Assembly: GCA_038087875.1 (NCBI GenBank) | Contig: CM075988.1 | Coordinates: forward strand, 23,996,001-24,060,000 | Direction: 5' to 3' | Length of the DNA stretch: 64,000 bases | Source of the DNA: Malacoraja senta | Taxonomy: Eukaryota | Shown here: positions 37,167 to 48,957 of the stretch, in pieces | Layout of the letters: each line of letters starts with the position of its first letter | How positions within the stretch are numbered: the stretch's first letter is position 1 | Notes under the pieces: model-generated | The model's database searches: none | What the model was told of the DNA's origin: nothing | The model's input: the letters and a program-made list of their open reading frames with translations, nothing else | Made by a program: the position numbers and the translations under genes

Positions 37167-39240
37167 CAATAGACAATAGACAATAGGGGCAGGAGTAGGC
37201 CATTCGGCCCTTCGAGCCAGCACCGCCATTCAATGTGATCATGGCTGATCATCCCCAACCAGTACCCCATTCCTGCCTTCTCCCAATATCCCCTGACTCT
37301 GCTATCTTTAAGAGCCCTATCTAGCTCTCTCTTGAAAGCATCCAGAGAACCCGCCTCCACCGCCCTCTGAGGCAGAGAATTCCACAGACTCACCACTCTC
37401 TCTCTGTGAGAAAAAGTGTTTCCTCGTCACCGTTCTAAATGGCTTACTCCTTATTCTTAAACTGTGGCCCCTGGTTCTGGACTCCCCCAACATCGGGAAC
37501 ATGTTTCCTGCCTCTAGCGTGTCCAAACCCGTAACAATCTTATATATTTCAATGAGATTCCCTCTTATCCTTCTAAACTCCAGAGTGTACAAGCCCAGCT
37601 GCTCCATTCTCTCAGCATATGACAGTCCCGCCATCCCGGGAATTAACTTTGTAAACCTACGCTGCACTCCCTCAATAGCAAAAATGTCCTTCCTCAAATT
37701 AGGGGACCAAAACTGCTCACAATACTCCAGATGTGGTCTCACTAGGGCTCCTATTTGCTCCTATATTCGATTCCTCTTGTTATAAAGGCCAACATGCCAT
37801 CCCGGGAATTAACTTTGTAAACCTACGCTGCACTCCCTCAATAGCAAAAATGTCCTTCCTCAAATTAGGGGACCAAAACTGCTCACAATACTCCAGATGT
37901 GGTCTCACTAGGGCTCCTCTTTGCTCCTATATTCGATTCCTCTTGTTATAAAGGCCAACATGCCATTCGCTTTCTTCACTGCCTGCTGTACCTGCATGCT
38001 TACTTTCATAGACTGATGAACAAGGACTCCCCAGATCCCGTTGTACTTCCCCTTTTCCCAACTTGATGCCATTTAGATAGTAATCTGAAGGTACACAAAA
38101 ATGCTGGAGAAACTCAGCGGGTGCAGCAGCATCTATGGAGCGGAGGAAATAGGCAACGTTTCGGGCCGAAACCCTTCTTCAGACCCTTATCCATAGATGC
38201 TGCTGCACCCGCTGAGTTTCTCCAGCATTTTTGTGTACCTTCAATTTCCCAGCATCTGCAGTTCCTTCTTTAACACATAGATAGTAATCTGCCTTCCTGT
38301 TTTTGCTACCAAAGTGGATAACCTCACATTTATCCGCATTAAACTTCATCTGCCATGCATCTGCCCACTCCCCCAACCTGTCCAAGTCACCCTGCATTCT
38401 CATAGCATCCTCCTCACAGTTCACACTGCCACCCAACTTTGTGTCATCTGCAAATTTGCTAATGTTACTTTGAATCCCTTCAGCCAAATCATTGGTGTAT
38501 ATTGTAAATTGCTGCGGTCCCAGCACCGAGCCTTGCGGTACCCCACTAGTCACTGCCTGCCATTCTGAAAGGGACCCGTTAATCCCTACTCTTTGTTTCC
38601 TGTCTGCCAACCACTTCTCTATCCATGTCAGCACTCTACCCCCAATACCATGTGCCCTAATTTTGCCCACTAATCTCCTATGTGGGACCTTATCAAATGC
38701 TTTCTGAAAGTCCAGGTACACTACATCCACTGGCTCTCCTTTGTCCATTTTCCTAGTTACATCTTCAAAAAATTCCAGAAGATTAGTCCAGCATGATTTC
38801 CCCTTCGTAAATCCACGCTGACTCGGACCGATCCTGTTACTGTTATCCAAATGTTCGGCTATCTCATCATTCATAATTGACTCCAGCATCTTCCCCACCA
38901 CCGATGTCAGGCTAACTGGTCTATAATTCCCTGTTTTCACTCTCCCGCCTTTTTTTTAAAAGTGGGATAACATTAGCTACCCTCCAATCCACAGGAACTG
39001 ATCCTGAGTCTATAGGACATTGGAAAATGATCACCAATGCATCCACGATTTCTAGAGCCACTTCCTTAAGTACCCTGGGATGCAGACTATCAGGCCCTGT
39101 GGATATATCAGCCTTCAGTCCCATCAGTCTATCCAACACCATTTCCTGCCTAATGTGGATTTCCTTCAGTTCCTCCGTCACCCCAGATCCTCTGGCCACT
39201 ACTATATCAGGAAGATTGTTTGTGCCTCCTCAGTGAAGAC
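37167..39240 (-). mobile_element. About 2-kb disrupted CR1/HER1 LINE (RT region) with an internal 166-bp tandem duplication and a Penelope remnant insertion
   Basis: Minus-strand ORF pieces GPDSLHPRVLKE, GNYRPVSLTSVVGK, YLDFQKAFDKVPH, GVPQGSVLGP, FADDTKL and RPHLEYC, with a (caataga)n tail at 37167. Confidence 0.95.
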
Positions 39241-40024
39241 TGTCGTGGGAGTATTGTTTGTGAACACCTTTTTGACTATCATTTCCATTTGGATCAAATA
39301 GCAAACAACATTCACTTTCTAATGATATAATGGTTCCGAAAATAATATGGTTTTCACAGTAGGGGAAAAAATGCTGGAAATGGGAGATCTAAAAGATGGC
39401 ATTCTGCTTTAAAGAATGCATCCATTGGATACCATTATCAACAGGGGTTTATGAGGTGGTGTTGAAATATATATATTTACAGCAATGGGACATGAAACAC
39501 AAGTTGCATTCTCAAACAATCATTAAATTCCATCTGAATAATGCATATTAGTGCTGAGTTCTCCCCAGTATGACAACCTCTCTCAAACAAGTTAACTTTG
39601 AAAAAGGATAGACACAAAAAGCCAGAGTAACTCAGTGGGTTAGGCATCATATCTGGAGAAAAGGAATAGGTGACGTTTCGGGTCGAGACCCTTCTTCAGA
39701 CTGAAGAAGGGTCTCGACCCAAAACGTCACCTATTCCTTCGCTCCATAGATGCTGCCTCGCCCGCTGAGTTTCTCCAGCATTTTTGTCTACCTTATGGTC
39801 TGAAGAAGGTTCTTCAGAAGAAGGGTCTCGACCCCAAATATCACCTATTCCTTATCTCCAGAGATACTGTCTGACCCGCTGAGTTACTAAAGCATTTTGT
39901 GTCTATCTTCGGTGTAAACCCGCATCTGCAGTTCTTTGCTACACATATTTTTAATACCCGGCATACATATTGAACATGTTGGTCCGAACTCCATCTGGTT
40001 GCCAGAGATCAGTGTACGACTTAG

Positions 40025-40300
40025 TGTGGCACAGTGGCACAGCCTTACAGTGCCAGAGACCCGGGTTCGATCCTGACTACGGGTGCTCACTATACGGGGT
40101 ATGTACGTTCTCCCTGTGACCGCGTGGGATTTCTCCGAGTACTCCAGTTTCCTCCCACATTCTAAAGACGTGCAGGATTGTAGGTTAATTGGCTTCTGTA
40201 AATTGTCTCTAGTGTGTAGGATAGTGCGTGCGTGCGGGGATTGCTGGTCGGCGCCGATACGTTGGGTTGGAAGGCCCTGGTTTCACGCTGTATCTCTAAA
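40025..40300 (+). mobile_element. HE1-type V-SINE
   Basis: B-box ggttcgatcc, V-domain and tail. Confidence 0.8.
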
Positions 40301-40447
40301 GTATGAAGTTTGTGGATTCAAGCCCTAGTCCGGGTCAGTGTTTGTAAAGGTAGACACAAAATGCTGGAGTAACTCAGCGGGACAGGCAGCATCTCTCTGG
40401 AGAAAGAAGGAATGGGCGACGTTTAGGGTCGAGACCCTTCTTCAGAC

Positions 40448-40861
40448 CAAAGATCCTATAGTGGAGCAAGATAGACCACTCCTGCTAAATGCAATGGGCT
40501 GACGTGTAGTACGCAACGGAGCGGAACGTGGGCCTTTTTTTCATCCATTTCCGTAACCAGATGTGACCTGACCCGACCCGACTCGCCGTGTAATCAACGT
40601 TGCGGGGGAACAGTTTGTGTTAATAAATTATAATTCTGAAAATGAGGAGAAGATTTTTACCAAAGAACTTTTATTTTTACGAGGGTGTTTCCGTAACCGG
40701 CTTCCGTCTCCGCACTAGTATCTTTGCTCCGCTATGGGATCTTTGGTGCGGAGACGGAAGCCGGTTACGGAAATGGGGCCGAAAATTACCCATGAATCTG
40801 CCCATGACCGTACTACGTCTTTTTCATCGAGTGGTCTATCTTGCTCGCTATAGGATCTTTG
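40448..40861. mobile_element. Non-autonomous DNA transposon with CAAAG...CTTTG ends and an 8-bp TSD (P-element-like), composite form
   Basis: TSD cttcagac at 40440-40447 and 40862-40869. ~34-bp TIRs caaagatcctatag..gagcaagatagaccactc. Confidence 0.8.
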
Positions 40862-40921
40862 CTTCAGACTGATGTCAGGGGGGTGGGCGGGACAGAGACA
40901 AAATGTAGTCGGAGGCAGTTA

Positions 40922-41423
40922 AGGCTCTGTCTCACGGTGTTGCGGTCATTGGCGGTGAAGCGCGGCGTCGCCGGAAGAGGGGACCGCACGTCAACCGCGA
41001 GAGCGCCGAGCCTATGCCGCGGGAGCGCTGCACGGATGCTGCGCGGGGGCCGAGTGATCTCAGTACGGCCGGTCCCACGAGCTTGCGGTGTTATAGAAAT
41101 TTGTTTTCTAAAAGACAAGCGGGGCTGTGGCGGCGGTAGTGCTGATCGCGGAGGCTGTGGCGGTGACCGTGCCGCACTCATGCCTCGCTGGCGGCGGCTG
41201 TGGCGGTGACCGTGCCGCACTCGTGCCTCACTGGCGGCAGCTGTGCGGTAAGAAATTATTTTAAAACATTGCTGACTTTTTGTGAGCACCGTGCGGTGTT
41301 GGGACCAACGCCGCACGGCCTCGGCGGTGGGCGTTTGACCGAACCCGCGGTCTCTGGCGGTCCACGAGCAGTAGATACTTCCTGTATCACTGCCAATGAC
41401 TGCAGACTCGTGAGACAGGCCTT
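40922..41423. mobile_element. GC-rich Harbinger-like MITE subfamily E inserted in a Penelope remnant
   Basis: tta|aggctctgtctcacg ... cgtgagacaggcctt|taa. The host Penelope text cagt...aagactgg resumes after it. Confidence 0.7.
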
Positions 41424-42281
41424 TAAGACTGGCGGGAGAACTGGGAGGGGAGGGAGGGGATGGAGAGAGAGGGGGAGCAAGGGTTACTTGAAGTTAGAGA
41501 AGTCAGTGTTGATACCGCTGGGGTGTAAGCGACCCTGTTTGTAATCCAGACCCACACTGCTGTCGGCCACTGATGGGCTGTCATGCTTTGACGGTGACAT
41601 TAAAGAGAGGCTCCACCTACTAGTTCTGTTGTTCGAGGTCAAAAGATCTCATTGTATTGACATGCAACACCCTCTTGACTATCAGCTAACTAATTATCTA
41701 TCCATCTACCACAGTACTGACTGTTGCGTGTAAATCGCCACCCACATAGGCAGCCAAAACACCAGGCCCTGCAATGGAAAGTGTTTCGTTATCTGTGCAA
41801 TGCCATGGGATGCCTTCAGTTTAGCAGAATTCTTCCTTTTCATTCATGCTGTTGGACACCCACAAAAAACACTTTTCCAAATACAGAACCATACACCTGA
41901 TTAAAGGTCACCAATCGCACTTAAAAAGCCATTAGTTAAATTGGTATTGAGATGCAAACATTTGTCCCACACACACACACACACACACACTGCCATCGAG
42001 ACAAAGCAAGCAGCAGGCAAATAGAAGAATCACAAGATGTGGTTGTTATGGCAACTGCAGAAGTTATGGAACATGAAGGAAGTTTTTTCCCCCCCCCATC
42101 TCAGGAATAGTTTGCACCCACTGCCCATCTCACACACGTCCCACAAATGTATTACGTTCGTGGACAGTCAGCTCTAACGTGGATTTTTGCAATTTGTTTA
42201 ATTCCCTTCTCTCCTCCCTCTCTGGGTCCCTCACCCCATTTAATCTTCATGTAACCTTTTTTTGTTTCTCTTGATTTGTTT

Positions 42282-42670
42282 TAAGTTTGGTTTGGAGATC
42301 CAGTGCGGAAACAGGCCCTTCGGCCCTCTGAGTCCGCGCCGACCAGCACACTAACACTATCCTACAAACCAGGGGCAATTTACAATCTTTTTTCCAAACC
42401 CAAATAAGCTACAAACCTGGAGGTCTTCAGAGTGTGGGAAGAAACCGGAGCACCTGGAGTAAACCCACGCAGTCACAGGGAGAACGTACAAACTCCTTAC
42501 AGACAGCAGCCATAGTCAGGATTGACCTGGTTCTCTGGTGCTGTAGGGCAGCGAATTTTACGTTGATATGAATGGAAAATTGTCCCTAGTGTGTGTAGGG
42601 TGGTGTTAATGTGCGGGGATCGCTGGTCGGTGGATCGAAGGGCCTGTTTCTGCGCTGTATTTCTAAACAA
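42282..42670. mobile_element. V-SINE (minus, 42282-42560) plus a plus-strand 3' fragment
   Basis: Consensus matches. Confidence 0.8.
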
Positions 42671-42884
42671 AAAAAAAACTTACTGGTACAGTACAATTCA
42701 CTCCCTGTGACCAGTGAGCTACAAAAGCATCTGAAATGTTGTCTGTTCTGGTTGATCCACCATGGCTTCTCAATAACAAGTGTATTCGCCATTGTTTTCG
42801 TTCTGCGTACAAATTACTCGTCCAGAAATCCAGTTACTATGGAACCTTTATTTCTCCAATGATCTACACTCGTCCATGTGTTAT

Positions 42885-43170
42885 GGGACAGTTTCTTCCC
42901 AGCTGCTATCAGGCAATGGAATCATCCTACCACAACCAGAGAGCAGCGCTGAACTACTATCTACCTCATTGGAGACCCTCGGACTATCTTTGATCAGGCT
43001 TTGCTGGCTTTACCTTGCACTAAACATTATTCCCTTATCATGTATCTGTACACTGTAAATGACTCAATTGTAATCGTGTATTATCTTTCCATTGACTGAT
43101 TGGCACGCAACAAAAGCTTTTCACTGTACCTCGGTACACGTGACGTTAAACTTAAACTAAACTAAACTAA
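42885..43170 (+). mobile_element. Rex1/Babar-like LINE 3' end
   Basis: DSFFPAAIRQ-like coding end with a (ctaaa)n tail. Same family as 1285-1710. Confidence 0.6.
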
Positions 43171-43871
43171 ATGTCAGTTGGGAGGGTTATGCTCAACACT
43201 TGCTATTCTCATTCAAACACAATTTCCAAATTAACCAGCGTTTCTGATACCACATCACAGTATCTTTCCTCCTTTACTCTCTATTATACTGGAGTACAAC
43301 TGGTTATTTGAATTATCAAGCAAAAGGTGTTTTATCTGTAAAATAAACTTGTATAGTGCAAAGCAGCATTGCTCTATTGTGAGCTCCGCTCCGCATTAGC
43401 GGGCAGCTTCTCTCCAGAGGCCGATGAAGACATCTCTGCATTAAAACCTTTGCAGCATACCACAGGGAGACAGACGTTGGTCCTATTCCACGATGTTTAA
43501 AGATGTAGCAACCTTACACACGTCACAATGACTCTCTTCAACAAGAGAGAGTCTAACCCAACCATCCTTGATGGACACACAACGCTGGAGTAGCTCGGCA
43601 GGAGTGGCAGCATCTTTGGAGAAAAGAAATGGGTGATGTTTTGGGTCGAGACCCACCCATCTCCAGAGAGTCCCGCCGAGTTACTCCAGCATGTTGTGTC
43701 TATCTTCGGTGTAAACCAGCATCTGCAATGCCTTCCTACACCAACCATCCTTGATATATCATTACCAGCATTGAATATCCTACCCACACCGTTATTGAGT
43801 TTGGGCATTCAACTGCTCGAGCCACAACTGACATCATTGATTGAGCTGGGACAGGTACATGGATAGGAAAG

Positions 43872-44342
43872 TGTAGATTGATGATGCATGTGATCCAATC
43901 ACACTTAGCCAGCATCACTAACTCCACCCCATTATAACACTTATACTAACGCCCATTCCCAGCACCGTAAGTTGAAGCAGCCAGGATGAACTGACAACAC
44001 CTTGTTTTGTAATGCTGCCAAGTTACAGTGCAGATTAAAGATGTGTGTAAATCTTATACAGTCTCAAGTGATTTACATGGTGTCAGAAGTGGGATTAATG
44101 CACAGGCGGACTTCATCCTTTCCCTTCTTAACTGTGGCAATCATGGTTGAGACCCAGTTGGTGGGGTCGCGACTGCTTCAATTACGCCTTTGGAGACCAT
44201 GTCCTTCAGCATAGAATGAACCCTGTCAGTCATGGCAAATGAGTATCGGTGCGGGGAATGGGCATTAGTATAAGTGTTATAATGGGGTGGAGTTAGTGAT
44301 GCTGGCTAAGTGTGATTGATTCACATGCATCATCAATCTACA
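43872..44342. mobile_element. Rearranged Ty3/Gypsy LTR-retrotransposon insertion: LTR (43872-44077), tRNA-Leu PBS (44078-44095), inverted RT fragment (~44091-44254), inverted LTR 5' end (44247-44342)
   Basis: TGT...ACA ends and 5-bp TSD gaaag (43867-43871, 44343-44347). 96-bp inverted arms. PBS TGGTGTCAGAAGTGGGAT. Minus strand encodes PHRYSFAMTDRVHSMLKDMVSKGVIEAV/DPTNWVSTMIATVKKGKDEVRLCINP. Confidence 0.85.
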
Positions 44343-46267
44343 GAAAGGGTTGGTGGGATATAGGGCAAATGGGACCAGCTTAGATGGGGCATCTTGGTTG
44401 GCATGGGGGAGTTGGGCGGAGGGTCCCGTTTCCCAGCTGTGGGACTGTGACTCTATGCTTTACAGACAAAAAACCCCCAGAACATTCTTGAGTGAATGAA
44501 AGCTTTGATTAAATTGTTGGATTTAAGGAAAGAGGGAGAGGTCAGTTTAGAGATAGGGGTCACGGGGAGAACGCACAAACTCCGTATAGACAGCACCCGT
44601 GGTCGGGGATCGGAGCCGGTTCTCTGGCGCTGCAAGCGCCGTGCAATGCAGCAACTCTACCGCTGCACCACCCTGGTTCGACAGGTTGGCGGTCAGGCAG
44701 GCAATTCCAGAGCTGCAGGCTTACCCGCCCGTGGATGCAGGGGTGAAGATGGGACTGGAAACCAGAAATGGAAAGTGCACATCAACCTCAAATGGTGCGA
44801 GGATGGAGAAGGTTGTCTAGAACGGAAGGGTGAGATTGTGGGGGCGTTTGAGTAGAAGAAGGACAGCTTCAAAATGAGGATGCTGGTGAGCCATGTGTCC
44901 ACGTGCGTGGGTAGGGACTTGTGGAATTCATTTTTGGATACAGTTCAGTACAAGTACATTAGCACTTAGATCCATCTTAGATAAGCCTCAGATACAGTAC
45001 AAGTGGAAGGTGTCAAAGGTTACGGGGAGAAGGCAGGAGAATGGGGTTGAGCGGGAAATAGATAGATCAGCCATGATTGAATGGAAGAGTAGACTCGATG
45101 GGCCGAATGGCCCTAAGTCTGCTCCTAGAACTTATGAATAGACGAGACACAAGAGGGGGAAAGATGAAGGAAAAAATCGCTTGAAAAAGCTCAGACATGC
45201 CCTGAGATTTACACTATGTTTTGCCTGACAGTATAAATATCTGCAGGTTTGTGTTTGAAACTCTCACCATGGACACTTGACCAGCTCTGGTTTGCTTTTG
45301 TGCCTCAGTCGGTATAACTTTGTATTCTAATAAGGCTGCGTGAGCCGGAATCAAGCAGTTAAACGTTGCCATGCGGAAGGCAGAGCCTGCCCTCTGAGAG
45401 TGGGTTCGGGTGAAGCCGTCCTATTTATAGAGGAGCCATGTTGTGCACAGTGCTGTCGCATCAGCGATTATCAGAGCTTGAGTGCTCAGGGCCAAGGATC
45501 ACTGAGTCCCTGCCGATATATTACTCACACTTGGGCTCTGATGTCCTTCACATTTATCCTTGAAGAACTTATAAGAGCGACCCACGGTGTGTATATGTCC
45601 AACAGGCACACTTCACTTCAACTATGGGACCATCTTCGCAAACGCACGCGTCCTGTTAATTCTTCCAGTTTTAAGACAAGGCTTGTAGATTCTGTGCCCC
45701 ATCAGACTCCTACTCAAACAACACATGTTAGGATTAAACTCTGACTTAATCCTCAGGCTGTTCACAGTAGATCTTCCCCTCTTTCTGTGAAAGCGTCGAC
45801 GTTTTTGCTTGCGGTTGCTATCTCCAACCAACAATGTTGGCTGCGACACTGGTATTTTGGTCGAGGCAGAATTAAAAATAGCAACTGCAAATATCACAGC
45901 TCTGATTCAGTCCCATAACCTTTCTCACCCAGGTAACAAAACATTCCAACTTTTTTAAGCTCTTGACAGTTTGCTAATTTATTTTTGTGCCCTTCTTTAA
46001 GCAGGGAGCTGTTATGGAACTGAAGCACTGTGTTTGAAACAACAGCTTCCATCTACATTGCAACTTTTAACAAGTAAAACGTCCCAAGGCACTTCTCATC
46101 ATGCAACGTCATCAAATGAAAATGGACGCATGCTGCATTTGCTTACTGCCAGCTGAAACAGTTAACTCCTTCTCACTTAACTTTTACAAAAATTCTTTAT
46201 AAATTTGGGAACCTCTGTAAAATATTTCATCAACCTCCTCTGCACTGAATAATAGGATAGGCACATT

Positions 46268-46710
46268 CTTTTTCACACAGACAGTGGTGAATTTGTGGAA
46301 TTCTCTGCCTCAGAAGGCAATGGAGGCCGATTCACTGGATGCATTCAAAAAAGAGTTAGATAGAGCTCTTAGGGCAAGAGGAAACAAGGGATATGGGGAG
46401 AAGGCAGGAACGGGGGTACTGATTGGGGATGATCAGCCATGATCACATTGATTGGCGGTGCTAGCTCGAAGGGCAGAATGGCCTACTCCTGCACCTATTG
46501 TCTGTATCTGTATCTTTTTAAGCTCATTAGGTTCTAGGAGCAGAAGTAGGCCATTCGGTCCATCGAGTCTACTCCGCCATTCAATCATGGCTGTTCTATC
46601 TTTCCCGCTCAACCCCATTCTCCTGCCTTCTCCCCGTAACCCCCGACACCCGTACTAATCGAGAATCTGTCAATCGCCGGGTGACTTGGCCTCCACAGCC
46701 TTCTGTGGCC
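46268..46710. mobile_element. Tail-to-tail CR1/HER1 3' fragments
   Basis: 46268-46505 plus and 46527-46710 minus. Confidence 0.8.
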
Positions 46711-46972
46711 TCCAGTCTCCCCACAGTACAGAACAGCTTAGTTTTCCACCGTGAGCTTTCTCGGACTCTGAGCACCAGGTCAGGCTTTTACAATGGCTAA
46801 GAAAGTTATGGAATTATGCAAGAGATCAGTTGAACGAGGACAAGAAGAGTAAAGTCTGATTAAAGATAGAGTGTGTGTGAGATTGTGTTTGTGTTCCACT
46901 CTCTCTCTCGAGGTCTCCATCACTTTGTCACCTACTCGTTTTGAATTCATATTTCTCTCCTCTGTGCCCTTA

Positions 46973-47190
46973 TGGGCCTGTCCCACTTCGGCGACTCTTT
47001 AGGCGACTGCCAGGGACTAGTTTTAATGGAATTCACCTGGCGACAACCTACGACAACAACCTACGACAGCAAAAATTGTCACCACTGTCGCCCAAAAATT
47101 GTTAACATGTTCAACACGACTCAACATGTTGAAAATTTTGCGGCAGTCGGCTGTAGTCGCCCAAAAAATCACCTAAGTGGGACAGGTCCT
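46973..47190. mobile_element. Harbinger-like MITE
   Basis: tta|tgggcctgtcccactt ... aagtgggacaggtcct|taa and internal tcaacatgttgaaaa. Confidence 0.75.
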
Positions 47191-47307
47191 TAACGTCTTT
47201 ACCTCCATGTCCTTTTCCTTCTGAATGCTTCACTTTCCAACTGTTTCTTCCCGTTCTGTATATCCCTCTCATTCCCTTCATTTATCTATCTGCCTTTCTG
47301 TTGGAAT

Positions 47308-47587
47308 CAAAGATCCTATAGCGGAGCAAGATAGACCACTCCTGCTAAATGCAATGGGCTGACGTGTAGTACGCAACGGAGCGGAACGTGGGCCTTTTTT
47401 TCGTCCATTTCCGTAACCGGACCCGACCCGACTCGCAGTGTAATCAACGTTGCGGGGGAACAGTTTGTGTTAATAAATTAAAATTCTGAAAATGAGGAGA
47501 AGATTTTTACCAAATAACGTTTTATTTTTATGAGGATGTTTCCGTAACCGGCTTCCGTCTCCGCACTATTATCCTATGGGATCTTTG
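47308..47587. mobile_element. 280-bp non-autonomous DNA transposon with 8-bp TSD (P-element-like MITE)
   Basis: TSD gttggaat at 47300-47307 and 47588-47595. Ends caaagatcctatag / ctatgggatctttg. Near-identical to 40448-40745. Confidence 0.85.
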
Positions 47588-48386
47588 GTTGGAATGACTT
47601 AAATCCTCTCCTTAAATCTCCGCCTCTCTCTCTCTCCCTCTCACTCTCTCTGTCTCTCGTCCTCTGGGAATATTTATATTACAGCTCACACCTGAGCCAA
47701 TCCACTCTTCCCTGTTGGAAGCTCTTTTACACATCCAGCTCTTTTGGTCGACTTGTGGGAATGCGTTACAGCTATAAATACCAAGACCTTGCCGTGGAAT
47801 TGAGTGAAATAACATTACATAGGTTACTGTAATATAATCAAAGATGCAAACACATGCATAATTGAACACAATCTTTTCATAAATGAAGATGTTTTCTTGC
47901 CTCTGCCGTTGGACTGTCTTATTCATCTCAATTTACAAACAATCTGTCCTTACAGCTCTCTACAGATTGGGCTTTGCTGCCTCCAAACAGCTGCTGAGGA
48001 GACCAAGTTCTTCTCTCCTGTTTACTTAACAAATTTTCACTGATCCTTTCAATGCAGGTTCATAGATCTAATGGAGATGTGTCCCCAGGGGTCGAAGGCA
48101 GACGACTATTTACATTTTATTCATGTGCTATCAATAGCTTGTTCACATCGGTACATGGGCTAACACGCACTGACACACACGCTGTCTGAAGAAGGGTCTC
48201 GACCCGAAATGTCACCTATTCCTTTTCTCCAGAGATGCTGCCTGTCCCGCTGAGTTACTCCAGCTTTTTGTGTCTATCTTTGGTTTAAACCAGCATCTGC
48301 AGTTGCTTCCTACACATACACACATGCATAGACATGCAGATGCACACAGATACACACACACACACACACACACACTGACACCCGAT

Positions 48387-48590
48387 GCAGTGGCGCAGCG
48401 GTAGAGTTGCTGCCTCACAGCGCCAGAGACCTGGGTTCGATCCCGACTACGGGTGCTGTCTGTACAGAGTTTGTACATTCTCCCTGTGACTGCGTGGGTT
48501 TTCTCTGGGTGCTCTGGTTTCCTCCCACACTCCAAAGACATACAGGATTTGTAGGTGAATTGGCCCTAGTGTGTAGGATAGTGCTGGTGT
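48387..48590 (+). mobile_element. V-SINE lacking its 3' tail
   Basis: A-box, B-box and V-domain present. Confidence 0.8.
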
Positions 48591-48957
48591 GCTGTGTGGA
48601 TCTGTACTGGTTCTTTTCCACCCTTTCTTGCTGTGTGGTGATTAAAGATTAAACATGTCTGAGGGATTGAATGGCCACTGTAGATCAGACAGTATTGCTG
48701 ATTTGATCCGTGTCTGGTTTTGCTGCTGATGACCTGATCCATAATCCATATCAGGTTTCCCAACACCACCAGCACCTAGTGGCATGCAGGCAGCCATGTT
48801 GGTTAGGCAGTTCAACTTACGATTTCGAGCCTACAGCACTCATTTCGATGGTCTCTGTATATATTCTAATTAAAGTACTTGTTATGATATACAATTACTT
48901 TGTATCAATAGTACTTTGCACATGGTGTCAGAAGTGGGATTCGAACCCACGCCTCCA
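48588..48957 (+). mobile_element. Probable LTR remnant followed by a 35-nt antisense copy of the mature tRNA-Leu 3' end (48923-48957)
   Basis: ATTAAA about 50 nt upstream of ...GCACA|TGGTGTCAGAAGTGGGATTCGAACCCACGCCTCCA, whose reverse complement ends in CCA. The left boundary is uncertain. Confidence 0.55.

Noticed and set aside
48923..48957. Functional tRNA-Leu gene
   Set aside because: Only the 3' 35 nt are present and they include CCA, so it is a reverse-transcribed copy.
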